DNA from: Diadema antillarum
Taxonomy: Eukaryota
Direction: 5' to 3'
Assembly: GCF_040938485.1 (NCBI RefSeq)
Contig: NW_027271547.1
Location: 62,001 to 126,000 of the forward strand
DNA length: 64,000 bases
The position numbers were made by a program, and so were the translations under genes. Position 1 is the first letter of the stretch. Each line of letters begins with the position of its first letter. Below the pieces are notes generated by a model, which saw only the letters and a program-made list of their open reading frames with translations, searched no databases and was not told where the DNA came from. Positions 36,398 to 50,725 of the stretch are shown here, piece after piece.

Positions 36398-39300
36398 CTC
36401 TTTTTTCTGGAGGGGGGGGGGGGGTCACTACTATTTGACATCCTTTTCACGTTGCTATATGGAGTCGATATCATTAGACATGAGTACTATTTTTAGGTCT
36501 TACCGCGGCGTGATGAGCAGGAGAAGTCGTCCGATGAGAAGAGACTGGTGTGCATGTGAGCGAAGGCCATGTAGAGGAAGAACGGGTTCTGGACGTTGTC
36601 CTCGATAAAGCCGACAGCATCCTGAGTGAAAAGTTGGGTGAGTCCACGGTGCTCGAACGGCTGGGACACGAGGGTTGCGTTGTAGTAGAGGTAACAGACG
36701 TCGGTACGGGGGAAGTCCATATGGAGCTAAATCGGAAGGTGGATAGTATTTGGTCAGCCTCGCTCAGTGTCTGCCTAAACTGCCCAGTAACTTTATATAT
36801 AAATTTCGTGGCTTCTGATTTCTTGCCATGTAAACTGTTAGCAACATTCATTGTGGGGTTTTGTTTATTTCAGTTTCTCCATTTTCCGAAAGCCTTTCAG
36901 TTGGAAAGATTTTATAAGTAGCTCTTGAATAGGCAACACATTATCAAAGATTGAAGTTCGTGTTTACCTCTAAAGTTGGAAAATATTTTGTATTTTTTTC
37001 CTGATTTTGTACAGATTATGATATTAGCATGACAATTTCAATCTAATCTTTAATTTTGATAAAGGACCCACACAAAGTTACGGGAATATCAATCTAATTA
37101 GGGAAAATATGACTTTCTGCGGAAAAATTATTCCAGAATTTGATGGTATTGGAGGTATAAGTCAAACAGCAGGAAATGCATTGGGGATAAGGTCTTGCTA
37201 GTTTTTTTCTTGTTGTTTTTATTTTTCTGGTGACCAGAACAGAGTTCTTAAAGAATCCCATGTCCACATCAGAAAAAGGCGTATTTACCCCAGTGTCGTC
37301 ACATGCCCAGCTGTTGCCGAAGGGAAGGTTGTGGCCGACGAAGTCAAAGCCGTGGTTGTAGGGGAGATGAGCTCCGTCACTTGAAGTGTTTTCGTTGATC
37401 CCTGGCCATGATGGAAGAGATATATAGAGAGAAAGTGAGATGAATTCGTTTGCTTTAGATTTTTGTGTCTTCTTTGAGTACACAATGCTGCAGAGTGGTC
37501 ATCAAAATAAAAATAATAAACAAATCTAATGTCTATCCGTGAGCAATCCATGCTCTCAAAGACAACAACGTGCTGTTCAGGGATTGTCATTGCATGTTCT
37601 AGAAATCTTACGTTTTGTCCTGTTTATTTTGTTTCCTTTGATTATTTTCCTTTCTTCGCATGTATTCTGTTGTTGAGTAAATTAGCACAATCTTGTCTGA
37701 ATCGAGTGACCGTTTTTATCAACAATGATAACACACTGCAAGATTTAGGCCCAAGATTTCTAATTGATTGAAAGGAGCTTTAGCAAAATGTGTACTTATA
37801 AAGGTAAATGGGTCACCGTCGATCATTTCCGATTTCATTGAAAGCTCTTTGAAGCTTGACAACGAACGACAGACACATCGTAAAATGTATGTGTGTTCAT
37901 TTGCCCAGGGCGCGACATCAACTTTTTTTCACTGATGGTCCGTTCGGCCAAATAAAATGTGCAAAAATGAAAAAAAAAAAAAAATCGATGGCCCGAAATA
38001 TAGGCCTATGTACGGAAATAAACAGAAACATAACATTCAATTTTTGAATTTTGAGTGGTCGATCGATAGCCAGAAGAAGATAGCCTTTTTTGGGAATTTG
38101 GCAGCCCGACATTGATTTTTAGTGGTCCCGGGCCACCGGACCACCGTTAATGGCGCGCATTGATGTACCTATCACAATAATATGCAGGTCAGTGAGCTGA
38201 AATAAAGCTTAGGTGCTTTTGAAATGGTGCCATGTTTTTGTATGCTAATCATGCTATCGGCAAATAATGAATAGGGACCTGCCAGGTTTGACAAGAAACT
38301 TAATTGATTTTGTATTGTATACATTCAGATAGACCTGTAATATGATTAAAATAGAAAATATCACTGATCGTCGAAAATAGAGATTAGAAGTTAAGAAAGA
38401 GGTAGGTCACATTAGCGGCATTATTGAAGTCCTTAGGAACAAATGTAGACAATGCCCACAACCTGCTCATCGGCTCATTGGAATCAAACTTCAAATGGCA
38501 ATGGAGATTTTCAAACCGTTGCTTAAACTTTACAAGAGACAAACTGTTTTCAAAACTCGGTGACTGGACTTGACCACATGATGCTGCTTCGGTGAACTCA
38601 CCGAGATGCCATTTGCCGATCATGCCGGTGGTGTAGCCGCTTGCCTTGACGGCCTCGGCGATGGTGACTTCGCTCTTCGGCAAACCAGTCTTGGTCCATG
38701 GCAAGAAGACACGGGTGTTACCGTACACACCAGTCCTGATCGGGAGACGGCCTGTTGTAAGAATTCAGGAGAAGAGACAGAGTGGTTGATCAGGCTTGAT
38801 ATAATTGATACACTGCACCATCTTAACATGTGGAATGGAATAGTGGAAATGAAATTAATTTGAACTTTGAACTTTTTTAACTTTGAACTTTTTGAACTTT
38901 GAATCATTGGCTTTCATGGCGCCCACTGCACTAATAGGTAGAGATTTGATTTTGTACACGTTTTTATCAAATTCAAAAGAAAAATTGTGCATTATAATAG
39001 AGCAAACATATAGATATTTGAAGATATAGATGTATAAAAAAGATAAAGATTGATGTACAGATACATCGACATATTTCTCTATTATTGATCAGAATATGAA
39101 CAGTTCTAAACAGACCTCAACAGTCGAGATGTTATCATTGTAGTGGTTACATCTGAAAAAAAAAACCCGTGTCATCCAGCCTTAATGAGCAAGAAAACAC
39201 TAAGTCGGTATCGTTTACTTACCTGTCATGATGGCTGACCTACTGGGGGTGCAGACGGAGTCGCCGACGTATCCGTTGGTGAACCTCAAACCAGCTACGG

Positions 39301-39595
39301 CCAGCTCGTCGATGAAGCCGGCCTCCTGAGTGGGATGACCGTATGACGTCAGGTCTCCGTAGCCCATGTCGTCGGCAATCAGGAGGACGATGTTGGGCTT
39401 GTCCAAAGGATCCCGATCTGCGCCCGACGCCCCGCCGGTCCCCATGAGAATTTGCAGCCAGTTCGGATAGTCATCGCCGATCTGCTCATGGACAGCGTCG
39501 ATGACGCTCTGCGGGAGGCTCTGGGCAGTCGGGGAGCCCTGGGCATTGATAAGCCCGAAGAGCAGCGTCAAGCAAAAGCAGACGAGAGACTTCAT
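34746..39595 (-). CDS. Ars: Arylsulfatase copy D, six exons, 572 aa, intact
   Basis: Exons: 39595-39223, 38751-38602, 37401-37289, 36726-36504, 35988-35824, 35440-34746 (1719 nt). GT-AG introns, open frame, motifs intact; intron 1 is only 471 nt. Confidence 0.95.
37906..38162. mobile_element. hAT-like MITE in intron 2 of copy D (duplicate at ~42219-42475)
   Basis: Imperfect 17-bp TIR: CAGGGCGCGACATCAAC vs reverse complement of GTTAATGGCGCGCATTG. Absent from intron 2 of A-C; no clean TSD recognised. Confidence 0.5.
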
Positions 39596-39655
39596 CCTTA
39601 GTTCCTTTCACCAGAAGCACGATGAAAGATGCCCTACCCAAATATTTCCTGCAGA

Positions 39656-39662
39656 TTATATA
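39656..39662 (-). promoter_or_regulatory. TATA box of copy D (duplicated at 43969-43975 for E)
   Basis: Same motif and spacing as in copy A. Confidence 0.65.
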
Positions 39663-40066
39663 GGATTCCGTTCATCTGCGTTTCTCGTAAAACAATACCC
39701 TTTTCTATTTTTATTCAAATTTTATCCCAGATACCCAAGAATGCAATGGTTATTCGTCTTCTTTTTACCTCTTAACAATAATCATGTAATCTCTTCAATA
39801 TTACTGCCACTTGACATGGAGGCGTACCAAACGAATGGGCCGTGTGAAAAAGTCTCTTTGTTCACTTTAAAACAGATCGTCGTCATTGAATCTCAGAAGA
39901 GATGTCACGCATCTACGAAAGCACGAAGCGTTTCTTTTTATGTTTTTACTTCTCTATCCGATCGTTTTAGATGCAACAACTTGATTATCTAGTCCATCAC
40001 GTGTTACTAGCATCATATGCTTAAAGGAGGGGCGTTATGAGGTGGTTTGGCTCTAACTGGAAGAAC

Positions 40067-40455
40067 TTAAAGGGATGCTATAGTGTTGGTGGAAATGAGG
40101 ATTGGGCTCCTAATTTTTTTTTTTTTTGCGAGAAACCAAGACACCACTTGTGAAATGATATGGAACATGAAATTCTAAGAGGAATTCAAACTTTATTAAA
40201 TGAAAATCGTTTTTGGAATGGCCGAGATATCCAAAAACAAAGTAAAACAAAGTGCTGCTATTAAAAGGTGGGTCCTAAATTTTATTGGGATTGCGCTTGT
40301 TTTTTTTTATATCTCAGCCATTTCCAAACCAATTGTCATTAAATATGTTTCATAATAAAAACATGTTTTCATTATCCATGTTTCATAAGAGGACTCATCA
40401 GAAATTGTTAAAAACCTAAAGCTGGGTCTCAACCAAAACTATACGATAGTTTTAA
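40067..40455. mobile_element. TTAA-flanked MITE (TTAAAGGGATG... type; Kolobok/piggyBac-like target) upstream of copy D
   Basis: Degenerate TIRs (TTAAAGGGATGCTATAGTGTTGGT / ACCAAAACTATACGATAGTTTTAA). Homologous upstream regions of A, B and C lack it (empty site). Confidence 0.75.
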
Positions 40456-42914
40456 ATTCGAGAAACAGAAAATAGGCGTATTAAATGCATTTGCCTGCAT
40501 GTTTAAGGGAGGCAAGCAATTGTGAGAGGCCATTGATATCTGCGGAGGCCATTCAAAGACAAAATGTATTCATTTCTTGTAAACATGTACTCAGATGGAT
40601 GATAATGGAACAAATTACATCCCTGCATCGCATCTGGCGGTTTGAACTACCACATGATCTGCTCCTAACAATTGACATTTCCATGTTATCTTGCGTAGAA
40701 ACCTTTCAAAAATTTGAGCACATCAGTACCCCGGGGTTAATGATGAATATGGCATTGACCTGGAGATATGAATAAACAACCAAAAGTTGAAAAAAAGTCT
40801 TGTTCAGGAATGAAATGCATGGTGTCAACTTTATCTTTGTAACCAACAGCCTTTAAACATTCTGGGATACATCTGAGTTCATATTATTGTGTTTGATACT
40901 CATTAAATAATTATATTCTCTTACGTATGATGCACAATGTCAGAATTTCTAAGCATTGGCATATACAAAGTTCTGGCTTGACACTAACATTGAGAAAATG
41001 TCAGTCAAATTCTTACATGTTGCTCCTTTGATCTATTGTCAAGAGGCCTTGAAATATCCCCCTATAAAATACTTCCTGCACTTTTTTGTCAAGTTTATTG
41101 AAAAGATGGCAGATCTAGAACTTTCTTTTCTCTCATCCGAGATAATATTGATTTTGCCAAGTACCTAATCCTGCATTGTACACGAATCTCGTGATCAAGA
41201 CGCCAGTTTTGGCTGCACGACTTTGACGGCCTGCGGTGCGCTTTATTACCGGATATGTCTCGGAGTTTAAGGCGATTATAACATGGTTCGCTGTGTATCG
41301 ACCAACCGCAGGGTTCAATCAAGCCCACAAGGTGGCTGTTGTATGTTCAATTAACGAGACGTCACAAGGAAAGAACTTGTCCATTCTTCTACGTCATTGG
41401 CCATCGATATATGTTAATGCAACGCCCACATCATCACATGGGAAGTTTAATAGGCAGGTCGACTCCTAGCTGCATCAATGCGTGTTTCATGCCTGTCACG
41501 CCCTGGATAAAATTAGTAGTCCGTTTTATACCAGCGGCAAAGATATCTCGAAATCGTGTGTATTCACTCTGCATAAGTAGCCTCCTTTCCCCCTATACAC
41601 CAGTTATATTTTAGTGTTCTGTTTTGTTTTCTTTTGTGATTATAAGATAGGACGGAATTGCGTGAAGATATTGATATATTCAGGTATAGATCTCGTAGGC
41701 ATGTATATGTGTGTTCAATAATAACAACTAAAATATATAGAGAGAAAGTGAGATGAATTCGTTTGCTTTAGATTTTTGTGTCTTCTTTGAGTACACAATG
41801 CTGCAGAGTGGTCATCAAAATAAAAATAATAAACAAATCTAATGTCTATCCGTGAGCAATCCATGCTCTCAAAGACAACAACGTGCTGTTCAGGGATTGT
41901 CATTGCATGTTCTAGAAATCTTACGTTTTGTCCTGTTTATTTTGTTTCCTTTGATTATTTTCCTTTCTTCGCATGTATTCTGTTGTTGAGTAAATTAGCA
42001 CAATCTTGTCTGAATCGAGTGACCGTTTTTATCAACAATGATAACACACTGCAAGATTTAGGCCCAAGATTTCTAATTGATTGAAAGGAGCTTTAGCAAA
42101 ATGTGTACTTATAAAGGTAAATGGGTCACCGTCGATCATTTCCGATTTCATTGAAAGCTCTTTGAAGCTTGACAACGAACGACAGACACATCGTAAAATG
42201 TATGTGTGTTCATTTGCCCAGGGCGCGACATCAACTTTTTTTCACTGATGGTCCGTTCGGCCAAATAAAATGTGCAAAAATGAAAAAAAAAAAAAAATCG
42301 ATGGCCCGAAATATAGGCCTATGTACGGAAATAAACAGAAACATAACATTCAATTTTTGAATTTTGAGTGGTCGATCGATAGCCAGAAGAAGATAGCCTT
42401 TTTTGGGAATTTGGCAGCCCGACATTGATTTTTAGTGGTCCCGGGCCACCGGACCACCGTTAATGGCGCGCATTGATGTACCTATCACAATAATATGCAG
42501 GTCAGTGAGCTGAAATAAAGCTTAGGTGCTTTTGAAATGGTGCCATGTTTTTGTATGCTAATCATGCTATCGGCAAATAATGAATAGGGACCTGCCAGGT
42601 TTGACAAGAAACTTAATTGATTTTGTATTGTATACATTCAGATAGACCTGTAATATGATTAAAATAGAAAATATCACTGATCGTCGAAAATAGAGATTAG
42701 AAGTTAAGAAAGAGGTAGGTCACATTAGCGGCATTATTGAAGTCCTTAGGAACAAATGTAGACAATGCCCACAACCTGCTCATCGGCTCATTGGAATCAA
42801 ACTTCAAATGGCAATGGAGATTTTCAAACCGTTGCTTAAACTTTACAAGAGACAAACTGTTTTCAAAACTCGGTGACTGGACTTGACCACATGATGCTGC
42901 TTCGGTGAACTCAC

Positions 42915-43908
42915 CGAGATGCCATTTGCCGATCATGCCGGTGGTGTAGCCGCTTGCCTTGACGGCCTCGGCGATGGTGACTTCGCTCTTCGGCAAACCA
43001 GTCTTGGTCCATGGCAAGAAGACACGGGTGTTACCGTACACACCAGTCCTGATCGGGAGACGGCCTGTTGTAAGAATTCAGGAGAAGAGACAGAGTGGTT
43101 GATCAGGCTTGATATAATTGATACACTGCACCATCTTAACATGTGGAATGGAATAGTGGAAATGAAATTAATTTGAACTTTGAACTTTTTTAACTTTGAA
43201 CTTTTTGAACTTTGAATCATTGGCTTTCATGGCGCCCACTGCACTAATAGGTAGAGATTTGATTTTGTACACGTTTTTATCAAATTCAAAAGAAAAATTG
43301 TGCATTATAATAGAGCAAACATATAGATATTTGAAGATATAGATGTATAAAAAAGATAAAGATTGATGTACAGATACATCGACATATTTCTCTATTATTG
43401 ATCAGAATATGAACAGTTCTAAACAGACCTCAACAGTCGAGATGTTATCATTGTAGTGGTTACATCTGAAAAAAAAAACCCGTGTCATCCAGCCTTAATG
43501 AGCAAGAAAACACTAAGTCGGTATCGTTTACTTACCTGTCATGATGGCTGACCTACTGGGGGTGCAGACGGAGTCGCCGACGTATCCGTTGGTGAACCTC
43601 AAACCAGCTACGGCCAGCTCGTCGATGAAGCCGGCCTCCTGAGTGGGATGACCGTATGACGTCAGGTCTCCGTAGCCCATGTCGTCGGCAATCAGGAGGA
43701 CGATGTTGGGCTTGTCCAAAGGATCCCGATCTGCGCCCGACGCCCCGCCGGTCCCCATGAGAATTTGCAGCCAGTTCGGATAGTCATCGCCGATCTGCTC
43801 ATGGACAGCGTCGATGACGCTCTGCGGGAGGCTCTGGGCAGTCGGGGAGCCCTGGGCATTGATAAGCCCGAAGAGCAGCGTCAAGCAAAAGCAGACGAGA
43901 GACTTCAT
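42915..43908 (-). pseudogene. Ars: Partial arylsulfatase copy E: exons 1-2 only, duplicate of copy D (or an alternative 5' end of D)
   Basis: Exon 1 at 43908-43536 and exon 2 at 43064-42915 match copy D at offset +4313. No exon 3 follows; the duplication junction at ~41733 falls in intron 2. Confidence 0.85.
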
Positions 43909-44379
43909 CCTTAGTTCCTTTCACCAGAAGCACGATGAAAGATGCCCTACCCAAATATTTCCTGCAGATTATATAGGATTCCGTTCATCTGCGTTTCTCG
44001 TAAAACAATACCCTTTTCTATTTTTATTCAAATTTTATCCCAGATACCCAAGAATGCAATGGTTATTCGTCTTCTTTTTACCTCTTAACAATAATCATGT
44101 AATCTCTTCAATATTACTGCCACTTGACATGGAGGCGTACCAAACGAATGGGCCGTGTGAAAAAGTCTCTTTGTTCACTTTAAAACAGATCGTCGTCATT
44201 GAATCTCAGAAGAGATGTCACGCATCTACGAAAGCACGAAGCGTTTCTTTTTATGTTTTTACTTCTCTATCCGATCGTTTTAGATGCAACAACTTGATTA
44301 TCTAGTCCATCACGTGTTACTAGCATCATATGCTTAAAGGAGGGGCGTTATGAGGTGGTTTGGCTCTAACTGGAAGAAC

Positions 44380-44769
44380 TTAAAGGGATGCTATAGTGTT
44401 GGTGGAAATGAGGATTGGGCTCCTAATTTTTTTTTTTTTTTGCGAGAAACCAAGACACCACTTGTGAAATGATATGGAACATGAAATTCTAAGAGGAATT
44501 CAAACTTTATTAAATGAAAATCGTTTTTGGAATGGCCGAGATATCCAAAAACAAAGTAAAACAAAGTGCTGCTATTAAAAGGTGGGTCCTAAATTTTATT
44601 GGGATTGCGCTTGTTTTTTTTTATATCTCAGCCATTTCCAAACCAATTGTCATTAAATATGTTTCATAATAAAAACATGTTTTCATTATCCATGTTTCAT
44701 AAGAGGACTCATCAGAAATTGTTAAAAACCTAAAGCTGGGTCTCAACCAAAACTATACGATAGTTTTAA
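44380..44769. mobile_element. Duplicate of the TTAA MITE within the 4.3-kb duplication
   Basis: Same sequence as 40067-40455 apart from poly-T length. Confidence 0.75.
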
Positions 44770-47700
44770 ATTCGAGAAACAGAAAATAGGCGTATTAAAT
44801 GCATTTGCCTGCATGTTTAAGGGAGGCAAGCAATTGTGAGAGGCCATTGATATCTGCGGAGGCCATTCAAAGACAAAATGTATTCATTTCTTGTAAACAT
44901 GTACTCAGATGGATGATAATGGAACAAATTACATCCCTGCATCGCATCTGGCGGTTTGAACTACCACATGATCTGCTCCTAACAATTGACATTTCCATGT
45001 TATCTTGCGTAGAAACCTTTCAAAAATTTGAGCACATCAGTACCCCGGGGTTAATGATGAATATGGCATTGACCTGGAGATATGAATAAACAACCAAAAG
45101 TTGAAAAAAAGTCTTGTTCAGGAATGAAATGCATGGTGTCAACTTTATCTTTGTAACCAACAGCCTTTAAACATTCTGGGATACATCTGAGTTCATATTA
45201 TTGTGTTTGATACTCATTAAATAATTATATTCTCTTACGTATGATGCACAATGTCAGAATTTCTAAGCATTGGCATATACAAAGTTCTGGCTTGACACTA
45301 ACATTGAGAAAATGTCAGTCAAATTCTTACATGTTGCTCCTTTGATCTATTGTCAAGAGGCCTTGAAATATCCCCCTATAAAATACTTCCTGCACTTTTT
45401 TGTCAAGTTTATTGAAAAGATGGCAGATCTAGAACTTTCTTTTCTCTCATCCGAGATAATATTGATTTTGCCAAGTACCTAATCCTGCATTGTACACGAA
45501 TCTCGTGATCAAGACGCCAGTTTTGGCTGCACGACTTTGACGGCCTGCGGTGCGCTTTATTACCGGATATGTCTCGGAGTTTAAGGCGATTATAACATGG
45601 TTCGCTGTGTATCGACCAACCGCAGGGTTCAATCAAGCCCACAAGGTGGCTGTTGTATGTTCAATTAACGAGACGTCACAAGGAAAGAACTTGTCCATTC
45701 TTCTACGTCATTGGCCATCGATATATGTTAATGCAACGCCCACATCATCACATGGGAAGTTTAATAGGCAGGTCGACTCCTAGCTGCATCAATGCGTGTT
45801 TCATGCCTGTCACGCCCTGGATAAAATTAGTAGTCCGTTTTATACCAGCGGCAAAGATATCTCGAAATCGTGTGTATTCACTCTGCATAAGTAGCCCCCT
45901 TTCCCCCTATACACCAGTTATATTTTAGTGTTCTGTTTTGTTTTCTTTTGTGATTATAAGATAGGACGGAATTGCGTGAAGATATTGATATATTCAGGTA
46001 TAGATCTCGTAGGCATGTATATGTGTGTTCAATAATAACAACTAAAATCATTTACAAACGCACCAGGCTATATTGTTCATGCTTGCGTTTACAAGTTTCT
46101 TACGAAGTGGTAATCGTAGAGTTACGTAGCAGATGGAATATAATTTGAAGTTGTAGATGCAAGTTATACTGGCTGACAATCTAAATTCTATGTTTCTTAT
46201 CCAGTTCAGAATTATTCAAGGCATTACAATCAGATTTGGTTAGATGATAAAGGGAATGGAAAACAATAGTCGCACTGCATTCTTCACGCTTAACAAGCTT
46301 GCTTTTTTGTAGGCTCAAACATATTTCTCTGGCATTTTACTTAGATTCAAACTTTGCTAAATTTACCATCTTGTTCTATGTAAGTGATATCTTACGGTAA
46401 GTCCAAGCTGAACATCATTTTTTTTTTTTGGTGTTTACATATTATACATTTATAATTACGAAATACGAAAACAAATTTAAATTTGAAATGTGACAGTCAT
46501 CTTAAAGAATACCTGAGGTAAGGAATTACTATTCGTGATCATGAGCACAGAGGCAATCAGACTTAATGAAAAGAATGGAAATGGTGAGGGATTGAAGAAA
46601 AAATGCAGCTTTTTATCAAAATACACTCACTACACACAGCTGTGTATCTCTCGCCTGCTACCGACTGCCACGAGCACACACACACATTGCGTAGACTCAC
46701 GCATGCATACGCGCGAAAAAGGACTATGAGCGGGCATGAAACCGAAGTCAATCAGCGTCGCTTACTGTGTACTTATATTTAGCACGCACAGTCCAGACAT
46801 TTTGCTGCCAAAATCAACAGAAACGTTTCTTCTACTTACTACTCTTATAATATGACTTGATAGCTGCCCATGGATTTGGTGAATGACTCTCCTCGTCATT
46901 CACTTGCATTTTTGTAAAATAGCAAACGAAGCAATGAGCCACAAAGAACGTTGTATTCATAAGCTCGTATTTTCCTTCATTATAAATGTATTAATCATTT
47001 CAAACTGCTGTGCTTTTTTGTTACTATATAGAAGGAAAAAGTTTCAAACAACAAAAATATCACATAGACGTATACGGTAACGATGAAATGAGACAAGGAA
47101 AACGTTATAGTACAAGGGTCCCTTAAAGTTAAATTCTAAGTAATATTTTAAAAGATAAAGATGAATTACACGTGACCCTGAAATGAGTCACAAAAATGAA
47201 ACAAACGATAAGGTCTTACAGATGTAGAGTTCTAAGAAAAAGACTTTGAACGAGAATGAGATAATAGGAAAGAGAGTTAGGATAGTGGTAACAACTCTGG
47301 AAATATTCTTAAAATCGGCGAACCACTACGTAGTATCCCGTGACGTTATCTCGGGAAAGAGTTTTAAGACAATAAACAAGTGTCACGCTTCCATGGCGTG
47401 CACTGTACATAGGCCTAATTGTTCGCTTGCTTGTCGACTGACTTCAAAATTCGTGGTTTTCGGGGGGGGGGGGTTGCGATAGTATGAACAGTTGTCTATC
47501 TAGCAACACAGTAACGATAGAAGGGGTGACTTTTACACGGATTCTGACATTGGAGAACTGTCAGACAGAGAGGGTCAGACATAAAAGGAATCACCATCAA
47601 GAGAATGGGACATCCCGCCACATTATTTTGAGCCAAAAGCTGATGCAGCTGCCTAAGACGAAAAAGATGCTGGTTCTGTCTCTGTGACTCGGAAAGAAGG

Positions 47701-50700
47701 ATTGCCGACAGAAATCGATTTCGTTTATCGTAGAAAAAAAAATAAGGAAAACTAATTCTTGAAATGTCTCGATTTGATATATTTTGTTTATGTTGACGTT
47801 TATAGCGTGAGAGCTTAAACATGGTCAAGCGGACTTTGAGTTTGTTTTGGGTATAGTATTGCCAATTTGGTCTTAAAAGGATGTAAAACTTAAAGTGCTG
47901 TCAGTATAAACCCGAGTAGGTATAACAAAAAAAGTTTGCGTAGAAGATATCGTGTAATGATGAAGGAAACAACATCTGATGGGCATTTTTTCTCTGAATT
48001 CCGCGTACTAAATCCACAATGAAACCTTTATTTCTTTGTGGTCAGATGAGAGCAATACAGAGCCGGTATGAATCACGTCATTTGGGCTCCTTCAGACGAG
48101 CTCCGGACTGCTTCAAACAGCACAAACAAGCTTGTCTCTGGATGTCCATGCAAGCCGTTCACATACATGTACGTTCATCTAAAAGGAAGCACCATGAAAA
48201 AGTACAAGGTCTTTGTTAGTTTTTGCTTCAGCCAGCAACAACACAGCGCGCCGGTATTTTACAGAGAAAGATAAAGACATCCAGTCTGCTAAACTGATCA
48301 AAGAACGAACGAACAAAAGAATCTTAGTTTGAAATGTTCTGTAACTATGCAATTACACTGTTTTTAAGATTGCATATTATTTTTTTGTTGTTGGAAATGG
48401 GGAAAAAAGAATAAAAGGAAGGAATCACACACAGCGAGTACGAATCTGTCAACTGCATGGAGATGAAATGACACCGTGTACTTTCAATCAGGCGTTTTGA
48501 GGTTTTCAGCAGATGCCATGGAAGGCATCGCGTACATCAAAAGAAACTTGACAAAACTACTACTTAAAGGAAATCCTCTTGACAATTTTGAAAGTCTTAC
48601 TTAAACCCTGCTCTGGCAAGATGTGAAAAAGAGAAATCGAAGTCATTCGAACTGACATCAGTCATTCATTATCAATCTTCAATTGATCATTAATTGTCGT
48701 TGTGTATCAGTGTGAGTTCTTATAGTCGTGAGGTGTCATCCGAATTTTTTGGACTAGTGATGTCCTACAAAGCTGTATTGCTCAAAACTGAATGTTCTTT
48801 CTAGGTGACATTGCCATACGTTTTAAGTCACGCCCACAATGCAGCTTTTTTTTTCCGAGACGGTGCTTAGCAGCGTAAAATACATAGTAGACCCGACTAG
48901 TTAATGGTTGGTGTTTGTCTTTATCCTCACTTCCTCCTGCTTTAAACCTGATATTTCCGTGAATAAGTTTGGACTATATAAATATATGCTCATTTGAATG
49001 TTCTAATTATTATGTCAATTCAATTGGACTTTTAAGCTTGTGTGGACGTTCAAGTTTCGTGTTGTATCTATTCCACCAAAAGGAGAACTGGTTGCTGCGA
49101 TCGACAACAGTATCATATTATGGATTTCACAAAAGTGTCATGGGGATTTACTACATTCGTTGAGTTTTGCTTTGAATTCAGACCTATAGTTACAGCAGTA
49201 ACAATATATCATATCCTGCATTCAACTCCTAAACGCCACATAAAACAAAAAAAAAAGATAATGTAGACGGGGAAAAAGAGGTATAGTCTAGGGAAAGATA
49301 CAAGTAACATAGACGGCTTCGCGCAAGATTCTGTCGACATTTTGAAAAGCATGACATCTCACTAGAGCGTATAAGATTATTGATTTTCCACTTTATACAA
49401 TAAATGTTCTGGGGGCGGGCTTTCGGGGAATGAGTACAATGAAGTGTAACAATCCGCTGGCGTTCTGACGTGATTGGGCATGTCTGTGCGTTATAAAGTG
49501 CCCAGCGCAGATTGGTCGCTTCTGAATGCTTTTACTTTGCTTCTTTCATTGTCTGTAGACGGGAGAGGCTTAAAACCTTGCCATAGGTCTCAGACGACGG
49601 GATTAGTGCGTTGAGTCTGGCTTCAAGAAAGTGCGCTTTCATTTCAAAGAATATAATCATCTGCCCTGGTAAACACACAACATGGTGAAAAAGCACCCAT
49701 AGCAAAAAACCTACGACCTACAAGGATTTAGCTCACTGCGCCTCTATCAGGTGTCTGTCACGTGACACTATTGTGATAGTGAGCTTTCCATCTCCATACA
49801 CAAACCACGCATTGTGAGTTAGCACTGCAACTCACGAGGCGTGAGGTGATGCAAATTATCACATTTATGTGAGGGGCGGCAGGTAACAGAAATGAAAAGA
49901 AGAAGCGTTAATAGCATTAACAGCTCCTGAAATCCCCACCAAGCACCATCACGCACTATGCAGACAAGATCATATTTCAAAGATGACAAATTAATGATGC
50001 CTGTCTCTTGCTCGCATTGGCCTCTACTGGCGCCATCTCTCTGACAGTTAAGTTCCGTACAGTTCAGTCTGTTCACTTCATAAAACAATCATATAAAAGG
50101 AACATGGGTCAATCACTATTATCCATGTGAAAAATACGATATAGAGAAATAGGAGACTAAAGGAAAGTCTTGTAAAGACATTAGTCCACGCATAATGTTA
50201 CATGGTTGTTTATTGTTACAATGATTAAAGTTCCAGGTTTATACAAATACAAATAATACAAGTCATTGCAACCCCCGACCATTCAAAAAAATCACCATTC
50301 GGCACAAATTTATATACTGTGTTTATGCTAGAATCTTGAAAAGGGCAAAATGTAAGGCAACAAGAGCAAAGAGAGAATTCATACGATGTTTTGGGTAATG
50401 CAAGCACTTCGAATGAATTCGAGGAAATTTCGTCGAAGGTTTTACAGACGTCATAAAGTGGACCAATCGCAGCAGACAGCAGCAGACGACGAGTCACAGC
50501 TAAAACACAAGTCATAAGTGCATTCATTGCTACTGAAGAAGAGGTTGAATTACACATGTACTTCGAATTACGCTAATTGTGATATTTTTCGAAAGAAAAT
50601 GTGGCACAGAATGCAATTTTCCAGTGCCCAGCTTAGAAAGCATTACTGGAAAGGCATATACACAATATTTTAGCATGCAAGGGCCATTGCACTTTTGGAG

Positions 50701-50725
50701 TTTGAAAAGCCCGTGTAGAGCCCCG

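Larger units (their letters stand above)
37420..46048. repeat. Tandem segmental duplication, 2 x ~4.31 kb (37420-41734 and 41733-46048)
   Basis: Offset 4313/4314. Differences seen: one poly-T length difference and one substitution (SSLLSPY vs SSPLSPY in the shadow ORF). 2-bp AT overlap at the junction. Confidence 0.95.
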
